This document shows positions 37,468 to 50,900 of a stretch of DNA of 64,000 nt, piece after piece. Both the position numbers and the translations under genes were made by a program. The DNA is taken from assembly GCA_964016885.1 (NCBI GenBank), contig OZ024744.1:76818001-76882000 (forward strand), in the 5' to 3' direction. The stretch is from Eledone cirrhosa (Eukaryota). How positions within the stretch are numbered: the stretch's first letter is position 1; each line of letters starts with the position of its first letter. Below the pieces are notes generated by a model. It was not told the origin of the DNA, did no database searches, and saw nothing but the letters and a program-made list of their open reading frames with translations.

Positions 37468-37567
37468 ACTCTATATTTACTATTTATATGTTCACAGTAA
37501 AGACTTTACTTTACATAATATCTCACATATCGAATCTACGAGAATTTGTTATCTATTTTATAATAAA

Positions 37568-37755
37568 ATAATTGTTTCTACTTTTGGCACAAGGCCAGCA
37601 ATTATCCAGTGTATTACTGGTACTTTATTTTATCGGCCCTGTAAGGATGAAAGGCAAAGTTAACCTCGGCGGGATTTGAACTCAGACCATAAAGGGCCGT
37701 AACTCTTTCTTGCAAAGTATGGCGTCCGACCCTCTACCGATACTACCAATCCACC
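37568..37755 (-). mobile_element. tRNA-derived SINE (family 2), inverted relative to its neighbour
   Basis: Reverse complement of the 42216-42403 type. Confidence 0.85.
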
Positions 37756-37789
37756 AATAAAATAGTAATAAAGAAATTATTGTGTACAG

Positions 37790-38160
37790 TGCTCCGGTGC
37801 ACTACAACTCATCAAAGGTACATGTATAGTACATAGAATAATGTACAAATGACAGGAAAGTGAACAGTGTATGAGTCATGTTATACATGTGTGCGTGTGT
37901 ATGGAGGGAGGATATCAGGTGTAGTGTTGGCGAATTTGAAGAAGCATGGAGGTTTTAAAGGATGCAGTGTCTCGGCAGCTAACAACTGATGTAGGTAGTT
38001 TATTCCATGCTTCAGCAATTCTTGAGCGTGAAAAAATTTTGAGAACAATACCTTAATGTTAGTATGGTTGGCCAGTTACAGCCGGTTTGAACAGAAAGAG
38101 GTGAGAGAATTCTGGCCAGATATTGTACACATGCAGTAGACATGACAGTTTACATCTGTC
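37790..38160 (-). mobile_element. CR1-clade LINE 3' fragment
   Basis: Minus strand FFTL.RIAEAWNKLPTSVVSCRDTASFK matches the CR1 C-terminal FF..R....WN.LP..VV......FK pattern. Confidence 0.7.
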
Positions 38161-38371
38161 TATACATACAGCGTTTGGGAGGGGGCATCGGACCGTATGA
38201 TTCATTGTGTCCTTGAACAAGATATTTTATTTCACATTGCTCCAGTGTACTCAGCTGTAGAAATGAGTTGCCAAAGTATATCTGCCATTGCCTTTCCCTT
38301 GGACAACAGCGTTGGCATTCAATTAACTTTCAAAACTTGATTCAGTGGAATGATACGTAATGCCCCACACA

Positions 38372-38540
38372 GAAGGCGTTTCCCCGGAGAAGGCGTTTCC
38401 CCGGGGGACGGCAAAGGAGACGCGCTGGGAAAGCCACTCCAACTCGCCGGGCTCACACCTGCGGCTGGCCAGCTCAACGCCTATGGTGGTGAGTAGGGAG
38501 GTAGCCCTGGGGCCGAGGAGACCAGAAGTCTCCACTGCTG
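38372..38540 (-). mobile_element. CRE-type LINE endonuclease-end fragment
   Basis: VETSGLLGPRATSLLTTIGVELASRRCEPGELEWL matches 30856-31008. Confidence 0.85.
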
Positions 38541-38623
38541 TGGGATAATGTAATACACACGCACATACACACGCACATACATACTCACATACACAAATGC
38601 TATCTCTCTCTTTCCCTCTCCCT

Positions 38624-38681
<58 letters not shown>

Positions 38682-38798
38682 CACACACACACATACATAC
38701 ACACACACATACAGTGTTTGGATGAAAATCCAGAATTATAATCTGTGGTATAATATAACACATACACAAGCACACTTACACACACGAATGTTTCTCTT

Positions 38799-38917
<119 letters not shown>

Positions 38918-39274
38918 GTAAGGTGTGCCCCACCCCCCGAGCATTCGGTAAAATGTGGTTGTGGTTGTAGTGGTGGTGGTGGTGGTCGTGGGGAAGAATG
39001 TAAGTAAGCGAGAAGGAGCCCACTTTCCCTGACCCCCCCACCTATCTGAAAGGTCATTAGCTCCGCCTTTATCTAATGACTCGGCTGTGACAACCTGTCC
39101 AACCCTATGTAGCAGATATAATGGCTCCCGTTAAATGATGATGCTCATCATCAAGATATGTAGGTGTATGTGTGTGTGTGGGAGAGAATTTGCACGCGTG
39201 AGTGTGTGTGTGTGTGCGTGAGTGTGAGAGAGAATTTGTGTGTGTGTGTGAGAGAGAGAATTTGTGTGAGTGTG

Positions 39275-39329
<55 letters not shown>

Positions 39330-39393
39330 TGTACCACAAATTATATCTATGGATATTCACCTAAACATTCTATATGTGTTTGTGTGTATGTTT

Positions 39394-39692
<299 letters not shown>

Positions 39693-39715
39693 TATATATA
39701 TATATATATATATAT

Positions 39716-40035
39716 AACTGGCACTCCGTCGGTTACAACGACGAGTGTTCTAATTGATCCAATCAACGGAACTGCCTGCGCGTGAAATTTACGTGTAAGT
39801 GGCTGAGCTTTCAGTAGACACGCGTACCCTTAACGTAGTTGGCGGGGAAATTCAGTGTGACACAGAATGTGACAAGGCTGGCCGTTTAAATTACAGGTAC
39901 AACTCATTTTTGCCAGCTGAGAGTGGACTGGAGCAACGTGAAATAAAATATCTTACTCAAGAACTGAACTTGGTTCCAGGATTCGAACTCACGACCTTAT
40001 GATTGTGAGCCGAATACCCAACCTCAAAGCCACAT
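39716..40035 (-). mobile_element. tRNA-derived SINE (family 3)
   Basis: Minus head gtggctttgaggttgggtattcggctcacaatc...gagttcgaatcc; paralog at 51975-52270. Confidence 0.85.
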
Positions 40036-40484
40036 ATAAACAAGTATATCGATGGAAAAATCAACTTCTATCATTTAAAAAACCATATTTATTTCCTTAC
40101 ACATGTTTCACAGGAGTTGTACATCCAATTATTTGAAACGTTATGAAACATTTCGCATAATCTGTGTGTCCATATATAGTCATAATTATACATTCCTTCT
40201 ATTCGGAGGAACGCTAAAAGTTTCAAAATGAGTGGAAACGCGAGTGAAATTGTGGCTATATATCTACATCTATACTTGGACACAGATCATGTGAAATGTT
40301 TTGTAACAACTCCTTTGAAACATGTTTCTTCTTTTTGGGGTTTTTTTCGATGGCTGATAATACCTTACTAGCGCCACTCGAGTAAGGTAATTATTTAACA
40401 CATAAATGGGGCTCTAACAGGTACTACTACTCCGAGCCAGGGCAGACCTGGGAGTGATAACAACTAAGAGGTAACTCCACAATT

Positions 40485-40960
40485 TACCACCACCACCACC
40501 ACCATCGGCATCACAATCACTACCACCATCACCATCATCATCACCATCACCACCATCACCACTACCACTACCATCACCACCACCACCATCACCGTCACTA
40601 CCACCACCACCATCGCCATCACCACCACCATCGCCATCACCATCACCATCACCATCACCATCACCATCACCACCATCATCATCATCATCATCATCACCAT
40701 CACCAACACTATCACCATCAACATCAACATCACCATTACCATCACCAACACCATCATCACCATCACCATCACTACCATCATCATCATCATCCCCATCACC
40801 AACACTATCACCATCACCACCACCATCACCATCACCATCACTACCTCTACCACCATCACCACCATCACCATCATTACCACCACCATCACCATCATCACCA
40901 CCATCACCATCACCACCATCACCATCACTATCACCATCACTATCACCATCACTATCACCT
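40485..40960. repeat. (ACC/ATC)n low-complexity array
   Basis: Directly visible. Confidence 0.95.
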
Positions 40961-41159
40961 TGCCACTGGGTGTAGTCTAATGTCATACCCAGGACTAAAT
41001 TTGAAAGATGTGTAAGGAAATAAATGTGGTTTTGCAATGAAAGAAGTTGATTTTTTTCCATCGATATATTTGTTTATATCTGCTCTGTGTTTATGTCTAC
41101 TCCAAACCTTTACATCTTTCTCACTAATAATTTCTTTCTCTTCAAACGTATATATTATA

Positions 41160-41924
41160 CTAGCAGAATGGCCCGGCGTTGCTCGGGCTTCTAAACATAG
41201 ATTGGCATGTGTATCCCTCCTTTCTGAAACAGTACAGAGAAATACGGAATACCTCGGCCTGGGGATGGTGTCTACATTTTGTGCTTATAAAAAAAATTCG
41301 TCGTAGATTACCAGGGGTTTAATTTAATTGGGTGCCCGAGAGTAAAGCGTTCAACCCACGAAAGCCAAGACGATAAGGTTAAGTAAAAAGGCATTCGACA
41401 AACCGAACATGTATTTGTTGTGCTATGGTACAATGAAAGCAATAGTTACAGAGCAGTAAGCATGTGGGACTGCAGTGGTGGAGAGCATGAAGGAATTTAG
41501 TTGGATTCTTTTAAGGTTACAAAAATCTGCCCAATCTGATATATACCGAACTGTTATATCGGATGCTGAACGTTTCGGATTTACTATTGGGGTCACCATC
41601 AACAATTTCAAGGGATGTACGTTTAAGTAGGGATAATATAGTCTATAAAGAGAGGTAACTCTTTCAAAATACTAAAGAGTTTTCTCTCTTGAACATTGTA
41701 GACAAAATTGCCGAACAGACAAAAAGGGCTTAAAGTTTTAATGAAAAAATCGCTTTTAACAACAGAAAATTGAAAAATAAAAGCTGCACTTAATATCTTT
41801 AGACCGCAAGGAATATATAAATGCAAGTTTGAAGTCAAACGGTGTAGAAATGTGTATTTGTATAGACGTTCCAAAATTAGGACATACACACACCGACAAC
41901 TTCAGTTTTATATATATGTATAGA
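41160..41924 (-). mobile_element. Non-autonomous Helitron (Lep1-like architecture)
   Basis: Minus 5' A^TCtatacatatatataaaactgaag, hairpin cccgagcaacgccggg near the 3' end, terminal CTAG^T, no TSD. The 5' ~165 bp recurs at 53690-53855(+). Confidence 0.8.
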
Positions 41925-42215
41925 TAAACACATCGAGTTAATTCTGATAAGACGTAGCAATTATATACTATTATATATAATTCTCTACTTTCCTTTGGGC
42001 ATTGTATATATACGGTTCTACCTTTGGTTTATATACATGTATCTATATATATATACATGTAAATATATATGTGTGGGGGGGGGGTGCCTGCGTGTGCGTG
42101 TGCGTGTGTGTTTGTGTGTTATGTACAGATTAAAGTTTAAGATTTTATATATATATGTATATAATCCTTATCGAGCCCTCTTCGGATTTTAGACTGCGCA
42201 TTTATTATTATTATA

Positions 42216-42400
42216 GAGCGGTGGATTGGCAGTATCAGTAGAGGGTCGGACGCCATGCTTTGACGCCTAGAGTTACGGCCCTTGCCATTGTGAGTTCAAA
42301 TCCTGCCGAGGTTAACTTTGCCTTTCATCCTTATGAGGTCGATAAAATAAAGTACCAGTAATGCACTGGGTAATTCTGGCCTTGTGCCAAAAGTAGAAAG

Positions 42401-42403
<3 letters not shown>
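42216..42403 (+). mobile_element. tRNA-derived SINE (family 2)
   Basis: A-box-like tggcagtatcagt, B box gagttcaaatcc, shared body. Confidence 0.85.
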
Positions 42404-42465
<62 letters not shown>

Positions 42466-44052
42466 AAAGTTTTATTTAAAATTGTTGGGATACAAGTAAA
42501 TATTTTATAACTGATATAAAGCACTCGACAAGTTTTTGGAGTAGATATACGATATTAAATAAATGGAAACTATATTTGTAAAACCATATTTATTTCATTA
42601 TACATATTTCAGGGATACCAAATTAAAATATGGCATGCCTTCGTCAGATAAAATACAATATATAAACAGTTTTATAAATAATTTTGACGTACCCTATTAG
42701 AAGCGACCATTATTTTTGGAAGCTGTCTGGATAGTGAGATGTTTATAATTATTTTATTAGTTATAGTGTTAAGCACAGTTAGAAAAAAGACGGAGAGAAA
42801 GAAAAAACGGAGAGAGAGAAGGAGAGAGAAAAAGAAGGAGAGAGAGAAAAAAGGAAGATATATATATAAATAGATAGGAGGAAATGAAAAAGAAAAAAGA
42901 AAGAAAGAAGAAAGGCAAAAGAAAGCAACAGAGAGATAATAATTCATCATACAGATAGAGAAACTCAAGAGAGAGGAAGTACTATATAGAGAGAAGAGGA
43001 TACAGTGACAACTTTACGTTATGTCATATTAAGTTGAATTAACAATTCATATGAAATGAATAATAAAAATGCAAATATCAATATTCATGAATGAGACATA
43101 GATATATAATATGAGAAAATAACATTGTTCAATAATGACCATATGTTTAGTTTAAAACTTGATACCAAAATCTGAGTTAAAACCTTCAAAAATTACCCTA
43201 TTTATAAAAATACGGATACATATAGGTATATATATATACACGCATATGTACGTTCTGAAAAAAGAAAAAAGAGAAAATTATGTCTACTCTAGTCAATAAT
43301 ATAGACATACAAATGATTTCACCTGATCACCTCTATACATTTCTTGTGTTATAAAAATTTCACAGTATATATACATAAAACATACGATTAATATTCATGT
43401 CCTCACATACATGATTACCGTTCATGTATTTAATATTATGCACATCTGCACCACACATCAACATATGCACACAGAACCATATACATATATATATGTATCT
43501 GCGTGAGTTTTCCAGCATCGTTATGCACATATACAGACATATATACGAACACATTAATAAACTCTATAAACCTTTTATATGCATGTTAATACACACAAAT
43601 GGCCTTTGTATAGAGATAATCAAATATCAATATATTAACACAGAAATATCAAAGCATTAAAATATCTTTAACATACTATAGAGTATCTCAAGCCAAAACA
43701 ATATGTTTCATATATTTATTATAGAAATCTATCCTACCTATATCTCAAACAAGATATTGCAAGGGTAGACATATGAAAGTTATTAGAAGCTATCAGAGTC
43801 AAAAAACAAATAAAAAACAAAAATTATTTAAAAGATTTAGAAGACCCAGTGATTCTACGGATGCCCTTATATTTAGTATAGAGATTTATCTTACGTAAAT
43901 TTTATTTAATACATTGGGAGCATATACATTTTAGAGTAGTTTATTATATCCGTGTTTATATTTCGGAAGAAAATTTAAAAAGAAAAAGGTGAAGGAATCA
44001 AATGATTTATCGTCAGGTTTCATATATTAACTAAATTTCTTAATTAATTATA

Positions 44053-44480
44053 CTACATTTTAAATTTATATTTATATTTAAACGTTGAGTTCAATCTATG
44101 TCTGCAGCAACTGAATAAATTGCTCCTTAAATTAAGGGAATTTTTGGACTTTAATATAAAGAATATTTCCTCTACACAAAGATCACAAGTCTCTGATGAG
44201 GAATTAAAAGGAATCCCTTTTGAGACAATATTCCAAAACATCGAATATTTAACATTATCTCGTTTAAGGTGCCAGAGTAGGCTTGATAGCGAAATTGAGG
44301 ATTTTTTGTTTGGATCTGTGAAAGAATTCTTATGATTATTGAAGCGAAGTTTAAATTCTGTCGAGGTGGAACCAACATAGTTGAAAGAATTTAAATTAGT
44401 TTTAACATTACAATTGTACACTACATTTTTATCTAAGCAGTTGTTATTTAACGGACAGTTAGATTTATTTCTACAGTTAG
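44053..44480 (-). pseudogene. PLE GIY-YIG endonuclease domain (C-terminal fragment)
   Basis: NCRNKSNCPLNNNCLDKNVVYNCNV...YVGSTSTEFKLRFNNHKNSF...LSSLLWHLK...CDLCVEE...LNLRSNLFSCCRH. Confidence 0.88.
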
Positions 44481-45060
44481 TTATTTAATTGAATATTGTT
44501 TGGGTTATTATTGGTATTTTGGTTAGGTTTTAAATATCAGATTTAAACTAAACATATGGTCATTATTGAACAATGTTATTTTCTCATATTATATATCTAT
44601 GTCTCATTCATGAATATTGATATTTGCATTTTTATTATTCATTTCATATGAATTGTTAATTCAACTTAATATGACATGACGTAAAGTTGTCACTGTATCC
44701 TCTTCTCTCTATATAGTACTTCCTCTCTCTTGAGTTTCTCTATCTGTATGATGAATTATTATCTCTCTGTTGCTTTCTTTTGCCTTTCTTATTTCTTTCT
44801 TTATTCTTTTTCATTTCCTCCTATCTATTTATATATATCTTCCTTTTTTTCTCTCTCTCCTTTTTCTCTCTCCTTCTCTCTCTCCGTTTTTTCTTTCTCT
44901 CCGTTTTTTTCTTTCTCTCCGTCTTTTTTCTAACTGTGCTTAACACTATAACTAATAAAATAATTATAAACATCTCACTATCCAGACAGCTTCCAAAAAT
45001 AATGGTCGCTTCTAATAGGGTACGTCAAAATTATTTATAAAACTGTTTATATATTGTATT

Positions 45061-45114
45061 TTATCTGACGAAGGCATGCCATATTTTAATTTGGTATCCC
45101 TGAAATATGTATAA
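45061..45114 (+). ncRNA. Hammerhead-like motif in a PLE pseudo-LTR (mirror copy at ~42598-42650 minus; paralog at 54425-54478)
   Basis: ttat CTGACGA agg-c-atgcca...tggtat-c-cct GAAA tatg T ataa. Cleavage-site register is non-canonical. Confidence 0.6.
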
Positions 45115-45160
45115 TGAAATAAATATGGTTTTACAAATATAGTTTCCATTTATTTAATAT

Positions 45161-45197
<37 letters not shown>

Positions 45198-45227
45198 ATA
45201 TATATGTACATATACATATATATCATC

Positions 45228-45261
<34 letters not shown>

Positions 45262-46268
45262 ATACAAATATAAAATAAGGCTTAGAATTGACCAAAGGGA
45301 AAATATAAGTTAAATATATCTTATCTCTCTTACTATGGAACAGATATCCTCTCTGTTGATCAAGCAGGTTCTGGCAGAAATAACTATCTTAATTGATTGC
45401 GATAGGAAATACTCTTATTTTAGCTTGTGAAATTGCAGTAAGGGAAAACATTTGTTAAGCCTTCTAGATTTAGGTCGCCTGACATAAAGTTTACTCTAGG
45501 GTGAGACGCTTTTAAGGATTCTTTATTTTAAAGTTCTTTCCAGCGATCTTCCCTTCGGTCAATTCTGAGCCTTAATTCAGACAGTTCTATATTTGTATTT
45601 AGAAGCTTGTCTGGCGATTTGACTTTGCCTTTTATCCTTACGGGGTCGATAAAATAAAGTACTGGGAAATTGCTGACCTTGTGCCTAAAGTAGAAACAAT
45701 TATTCATTGACATGTAATGTATATTACTAACTAATCTTCAAATATGTATTGTTTTCTCTTTGTTAATTTTCCTAAGTTTATTATTACTAATCTGTGGCGA
45801 ATGAGTCCCCCCCCCCCCCCCAATAATCTCAATGATTTGCATTTAACACGATATCTTACTTTCTTCTTTCCTTTTTTTCCTTTTTCTTTCTTTGTTTTTT
45901 CTTTTATTTGTCTCACGAGACTTTCGTGCTCCCTGACATCACGTAACATTGTATTTGTATATGTTATAGCTTAATTTCTATAAGTTATTGTTTTGTCTTA
46001 TTTCTTACTACACAGACAGCACTTTGGTATGTCTCTGATGCCGTGGCCTCGGCTGGACCGTCGGTAGGGGTCAAAACTATATAAGTCCATCTCAACGGCT
46101 GAAAACAATGGAGTTCTGCTTTTTTGTATTGTTATTTTCAAAAAATAATTTGTTAGCGGTTTCCCCTAAATAAATGTTTTTCGTTTTGCCTTGTTTTCAT
46201 TCGTCTTCTCTTTGTTAATTTTCTTAAGTTTATATATATATATACGTGTGTGTGTGTGTGTGTGTATA

Positions 46269-46313
<45 letters not shown>

Positions 46314-46694
46314 CAGGAAAGAAGAGTGACACGGTTTGCTACACAAAAAAGGTTTTTAATCTCATTGCTGACAATTGTTTCTCTGAACTGGTAGGTCTAG
46401 AGATTGCTACCCGCTTGTTTTCACGTCATTCGATCACCAATACTACCTATGGACTACCTATAACAATAATCTGTTACCCCGTATATATATATATATGAAT
46501 AAAGTTAGTCCTTCATCAGTGATCTTCCAACCATTATTGGTATTTCATCGCTTTAAAGACCATATACCTCCGGTTGGTGCGAGCAACGGCTAAAAAAAGT
46601 CGTTGGGACACGTAAATAAAGGGGACACGAGAGTGTAAACAAACAAAGATGGTGAAGCAACGAAAAGTGAGGAAGAACGAGTCAAAAAAAAAAA

Positions 46695-46828
<134 letters not shown>

Positions 46829-46964
46829 ATGTATGAATATATATAAATATATATATATATACATAGAGAGAGAGAGGGGGGAATAAACTGACAGACAGAG
46901 ATATAGATAAATAGATAGATAGACACACAGATAGATACATACATACATCCACACATACATACGT

Positions 46965-47002
<38 letters not shown>

Positions 47003-47415
47003 GCACACACACCACACACACGCACACGCACACACACGCGCGCGCACGCACATATAGATAAGAAAGTGAATAATATTACAATAGCCAATAAAAGATATTT
47101 CCGGAAGATTTATACTGGTCTATTATTTTTTTAGTGGGTGAAGCAGCTATCTCCCTTTTTCCCCCTCTCAACATTAATATTTCATACCATGCTAACAACT
47201 AACTGATAGCAAGTTAGTGAAGTGCCAAAAAGTAAAGGAAAACCAGAGATTCATATTCAAGGTCCTTGCAGAATGTTGACACTCTATGTCTGAGGTTTTC
47301 AAGAAGCCATATAAGTTTATCCTGTCACACAAGTGGAATGCTTAAGGAGACAGATACTAAAGAAAGGGTGTTATATATATATATATATATATATATTTGT
47401 GTGTGCGTAAGGTTG

Positions 47416-47474
<59 letters not shown>

Positions 47475-47629
47475 ATATATATATATATATATATAAATAT
47501 AATACAAACTTATATATCTATAAATATATGAATACACAAATATTATATGCATATACATATATGCATATATACATATTCATATATATTTACATATATACAT
47601 AAATACATACATATACGTGTGTGTATATA

Positions 47630-47666
<37 letters not shown>

Positions 47667-48200
47667 AGAGAGAGAAGGAGAGACCCAGATACCCACCCAC
47701 ACACATAAACATAAATATAACACACACACACACACATATATATATATTTTTTTTTTTCCGTTTATATATATATATATATATATATATACTCGTATATAAC
47801 TGCTTCATAATGACCAATTAAATTTTTGGCAGTTTTGAAAGGACACACATCTACTTAGAGATAATGTTTTTACTTTATATCAGCACCTCTGTAACTCTAT
47901 AAGCATGGTACTGGCTTCCTTTCAATCTCAGATTCTCTTCTATGTGAGGACAGATTTCCCTCTCTTGTAGAAATATCATCTCTCATCTCCTCTTTCTTTA
48001 CACTATATATTGATTTATTTGTGTGTGTCAATATTTGTAATGTTATGTTTTAGTGTTGTGTTTTTTTGTGTATTTTGGGGAGTATATATTTTTTGTATTT
48101 TGTTTATTTTTATTTTATTCTTTTGTTTTGTAGTGTGTATATGTGTGTGTATTTGTGTGTGTATATATATATATAGATATATATATATATATATATATTA

Positions 48201-48317
<117 letters not shown>

Positions 48318-48548
48318 ACAGACCCTCTATCTTAACTCTACTTTTGAAAAGCAGAAGAACTGCGAAACCGGTAAAGGAACCAAATAAATATATATATATA
48401 TTTTTTTTAAATGAGACTCCAGTTGCATTTTCGATTTCATCTTTTTTTCTTTATACTTTCACTCGTGTAGGACACCTCGGTTATTTTTCATTTTGTAAAA
48501 AAAACTCACTTTCTAATATATATATATACATATATATATGTATATATG

Positions 48549-48601
<53 letters not shown>

Positions 48602-48614
48602 TGTGTGTGTGTGT

Positions 48615-48666
<52 letters not shown>

Positions 48667-48669
<3 letters not shown>

Positions 48670-48870
48670 CGAAGGAATTGTGGTAAGGAACCAGATGGAC
48701 CATAACGCACCAGAGTACTCAATGCTTAGGGTAGTAGAGTGGGTAATATGAAAAAGTATGACCCCGATGGCAGAGCTCAAGCCGTTTTGACGGCTATTTC
48801 TGACTATTTCTGGTCTAGAAATAGCCGTCAAAACGGCTTGAGCTCTGCCGTCGGGGTCATACTTTTCCCT
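48667..48870 (+). mobile_element. Short (TA/TG)n-associated repeat with a terminal fold-back
   Basis: Near-perfect palindrome at 48751-48866 (aaaagtatgaccccga...tcggggtcatactttt). Confidence 0.85.
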
Positions 48871-49123
48871 ATATATATATATATGTGTGTGTGTGTGTAT
48901 ATATACGCTTGTGTGTCTGTGTGTGTGCGTGTGTGTGCGTGTGTGTGTCTGTGTGTGTGTGTGTATGTATGTATATTCAATTGAAAATGAGTACCAGCAA
49001 CAGCTAAGGGTTTAACCCTGCGATAGACTGGCGTCCTGTCCAGTGGGGAGTCTTGTATAAACAGAAATAACAAAGCAAACGACACAGTACATTAGTTTAA
49101 AGCTTGAAATAACAGGAAAAGTG

Positions 49124-49159
49124 TCTTAACGTTTCGCACACTAGTCCTTCATCAGAAGA
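49124..49159 (-). ncRNA. Minimal type I hammerhead ribozyme
   Basis: Minus strand: ucuu CUGAUGA aggac uagu gugc GAAA cg UU aaga. Stem I ucuu/aaga, palindromic AACGUU, one mismatch in stem II. Confidence 0.7.
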
Positions 49160-49642
49160 TAGAGTTTGAAATAAAAGATAAAATATAGATAAAGAGTGAG
49201 AATATGAACTAAGGGGTTGGGGACACATGTGTAGTCCCCCATTTTGGACAATATATATATATATATATATATATATTGAAAGGATAACAAGGACGATTGG
49301 TTACTCCTTCATTACATTTATTGGTAGGTGACGCGCGTTTCGCTACTGATCAGTTCAAGGTTCGATCTGTATCGATCTTACCCGACTCAATAATCGGCAG
49401 TTCGACGGACCCTTTAAAATGGTATCAGAAAAGGAAATACATGCTATGTGATAAAGTCATAAGTTCATAAGTTGTACAATATGAGTTGTTTTGATTGGTG
49501 GAAAAGATCATAGGGATGTATTGGCCTGCAGTGTATGTGGGGATGGATGTGATGATAAGATGGTGGTGACGGTCGCAGGCTATGTAAAGTTGGCGGATTG
49601 ACTTTCACCTGTAGTGTATGTGAGGGTGGATGTGATGATAAG

Positions 49643-49705
<63 letters not shown>

Positions 49706-50139
49706 TAGTGGGGTCTCGAAAATGTTCAAACTCGTCAAAGTGTGCGAATACGCAGGAGAGTCAACGGCTGTGTAATACAGCTATACAAAGCTGGTTAGCC
49801 TTGGTTGGCAGTATGTCTTGGAGAAGTATCACCCTGATTTCAAAATTTTGATGACAACCTTTCAAATGTGATGAAGGTGGATGAGCTGTCACTCTGTAGT
49901 CAGCTTCCGAGGTATGGTTTCACAAGGATTTGGGACCCACTGATGTCACTTTCATGGACATATAGTATCATATAGATAAGCATTGGTACAATTGTCCATA
50001 GTAACTGACCCTCAGCAATGAGGATGGGAAGAGACCATGGACCAAGACCAAGAAAATTCAAAAGATTTAGCTTGCAGGAAAGAATTAATTTTTCACTTAA
50101 TTCTGAAGGAAGAAGTAGAATTAAAGTATTATTTTTTTC

Positions 50140-50520
50140 TTTCCATCATACACAAGAAAATGTTTACTTTCCATCATACACTAGACAAAATGTTTACATT
50201 ACATCATACACTAGATAAAATGTTTACTTTCCATCATATTCCATCATACATTAGAAAAATGTTTACATTCCATCATACACTAGATAAAATGTTTACATTC
50301 CATCATATTCCATCATACACTAGACAAAATGTTTACATTCAATCATACACTAGACAAATGTTTATTTTCAATCATACACTAGATAAAATGTTTACTTTCC
50401 ATCATAAATTGGACAAAATGTTTACATTCTATTATATTCCATCATAACTAGACAAAATGTTTACTTTTCGTCATACACAAAACAAAATGTTTACATTCCA
50501 TCATACGCTAGATAAAAATC
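50140..50520. repeat. 30-bp minisatellite (catcatacactagacaaaatgtttacattc), about 11-12 units
   Basis: Directly visible; no unique spacers. Confidence 0.92.
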
Positions 50521-50620
50521 TTAGCTTGCAGGAAAGAAGAGAGCATTCTTCTACCATATAGAACGTGGTAATGCTTGATATTCAGAAAATGAGTGGGTAA
50601 TACGGTGTATCCATTGTAGA

Positions 50621-50900
50621 TGGAAACGCGTGACCTAGTGGCAACGGGGGTTGGACTTATGACCATAACGTTGTGAGTTCAATACCTGGACTGGATTGTG
50701 TGTTGTGTACTTGAACAAAACACTTCATTTCATGTTGCTCCAGCATACTCGACTTAAAATGAGTACCAGTAATAACTGGGAGTTTAATCCTGCGGTGGAC
50801 TGGCATCCTGTCCAGAGGAGAGTATTGTACTCTCAATCGCTTAACGCTATAGTGACCGCGATAAACACTGGACTTATAAGCCTCCGGGCTTGAGACAGAC
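50621..50900 (+). mobile_element. tRNA-derived SINE (family 1)
   Basis: Colinear with 23093-23370. Confidence 0.8.

Larger units (their letters stand above)
42462..45167 (-). mobile_element. 5'-truncated Penelope-like element with ~0.6-kb inverted terminal arms (42545-43156 and 44542-45167)
   Basis: Near-identical inverted arms flank a GIY-YIG ORF. Each arm carries CUGACGA...GAAA; (TA)n on both outer sides. Confidence 0.9.

Noticed and set aside
42545-45167. DNA transposon with long TIRs
   Set aside because: The internal ORF is a PLE GIY-YIG, not a DDE transposase, and the arms carry hammerhead motifs.
49733-50035. Possible mariner transposase relic (WVP-like codons on the minus strand); similar weak hints at 54800-55690
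   Set aside because: Too decayed to support by eye; needs a translated profile search.
50140-50520. 30-bp repeats resembling a CRISPR array
   Set aside because: Units are contiguous with no unique spacers, there are no cas genes, and the context is eukaryotic.
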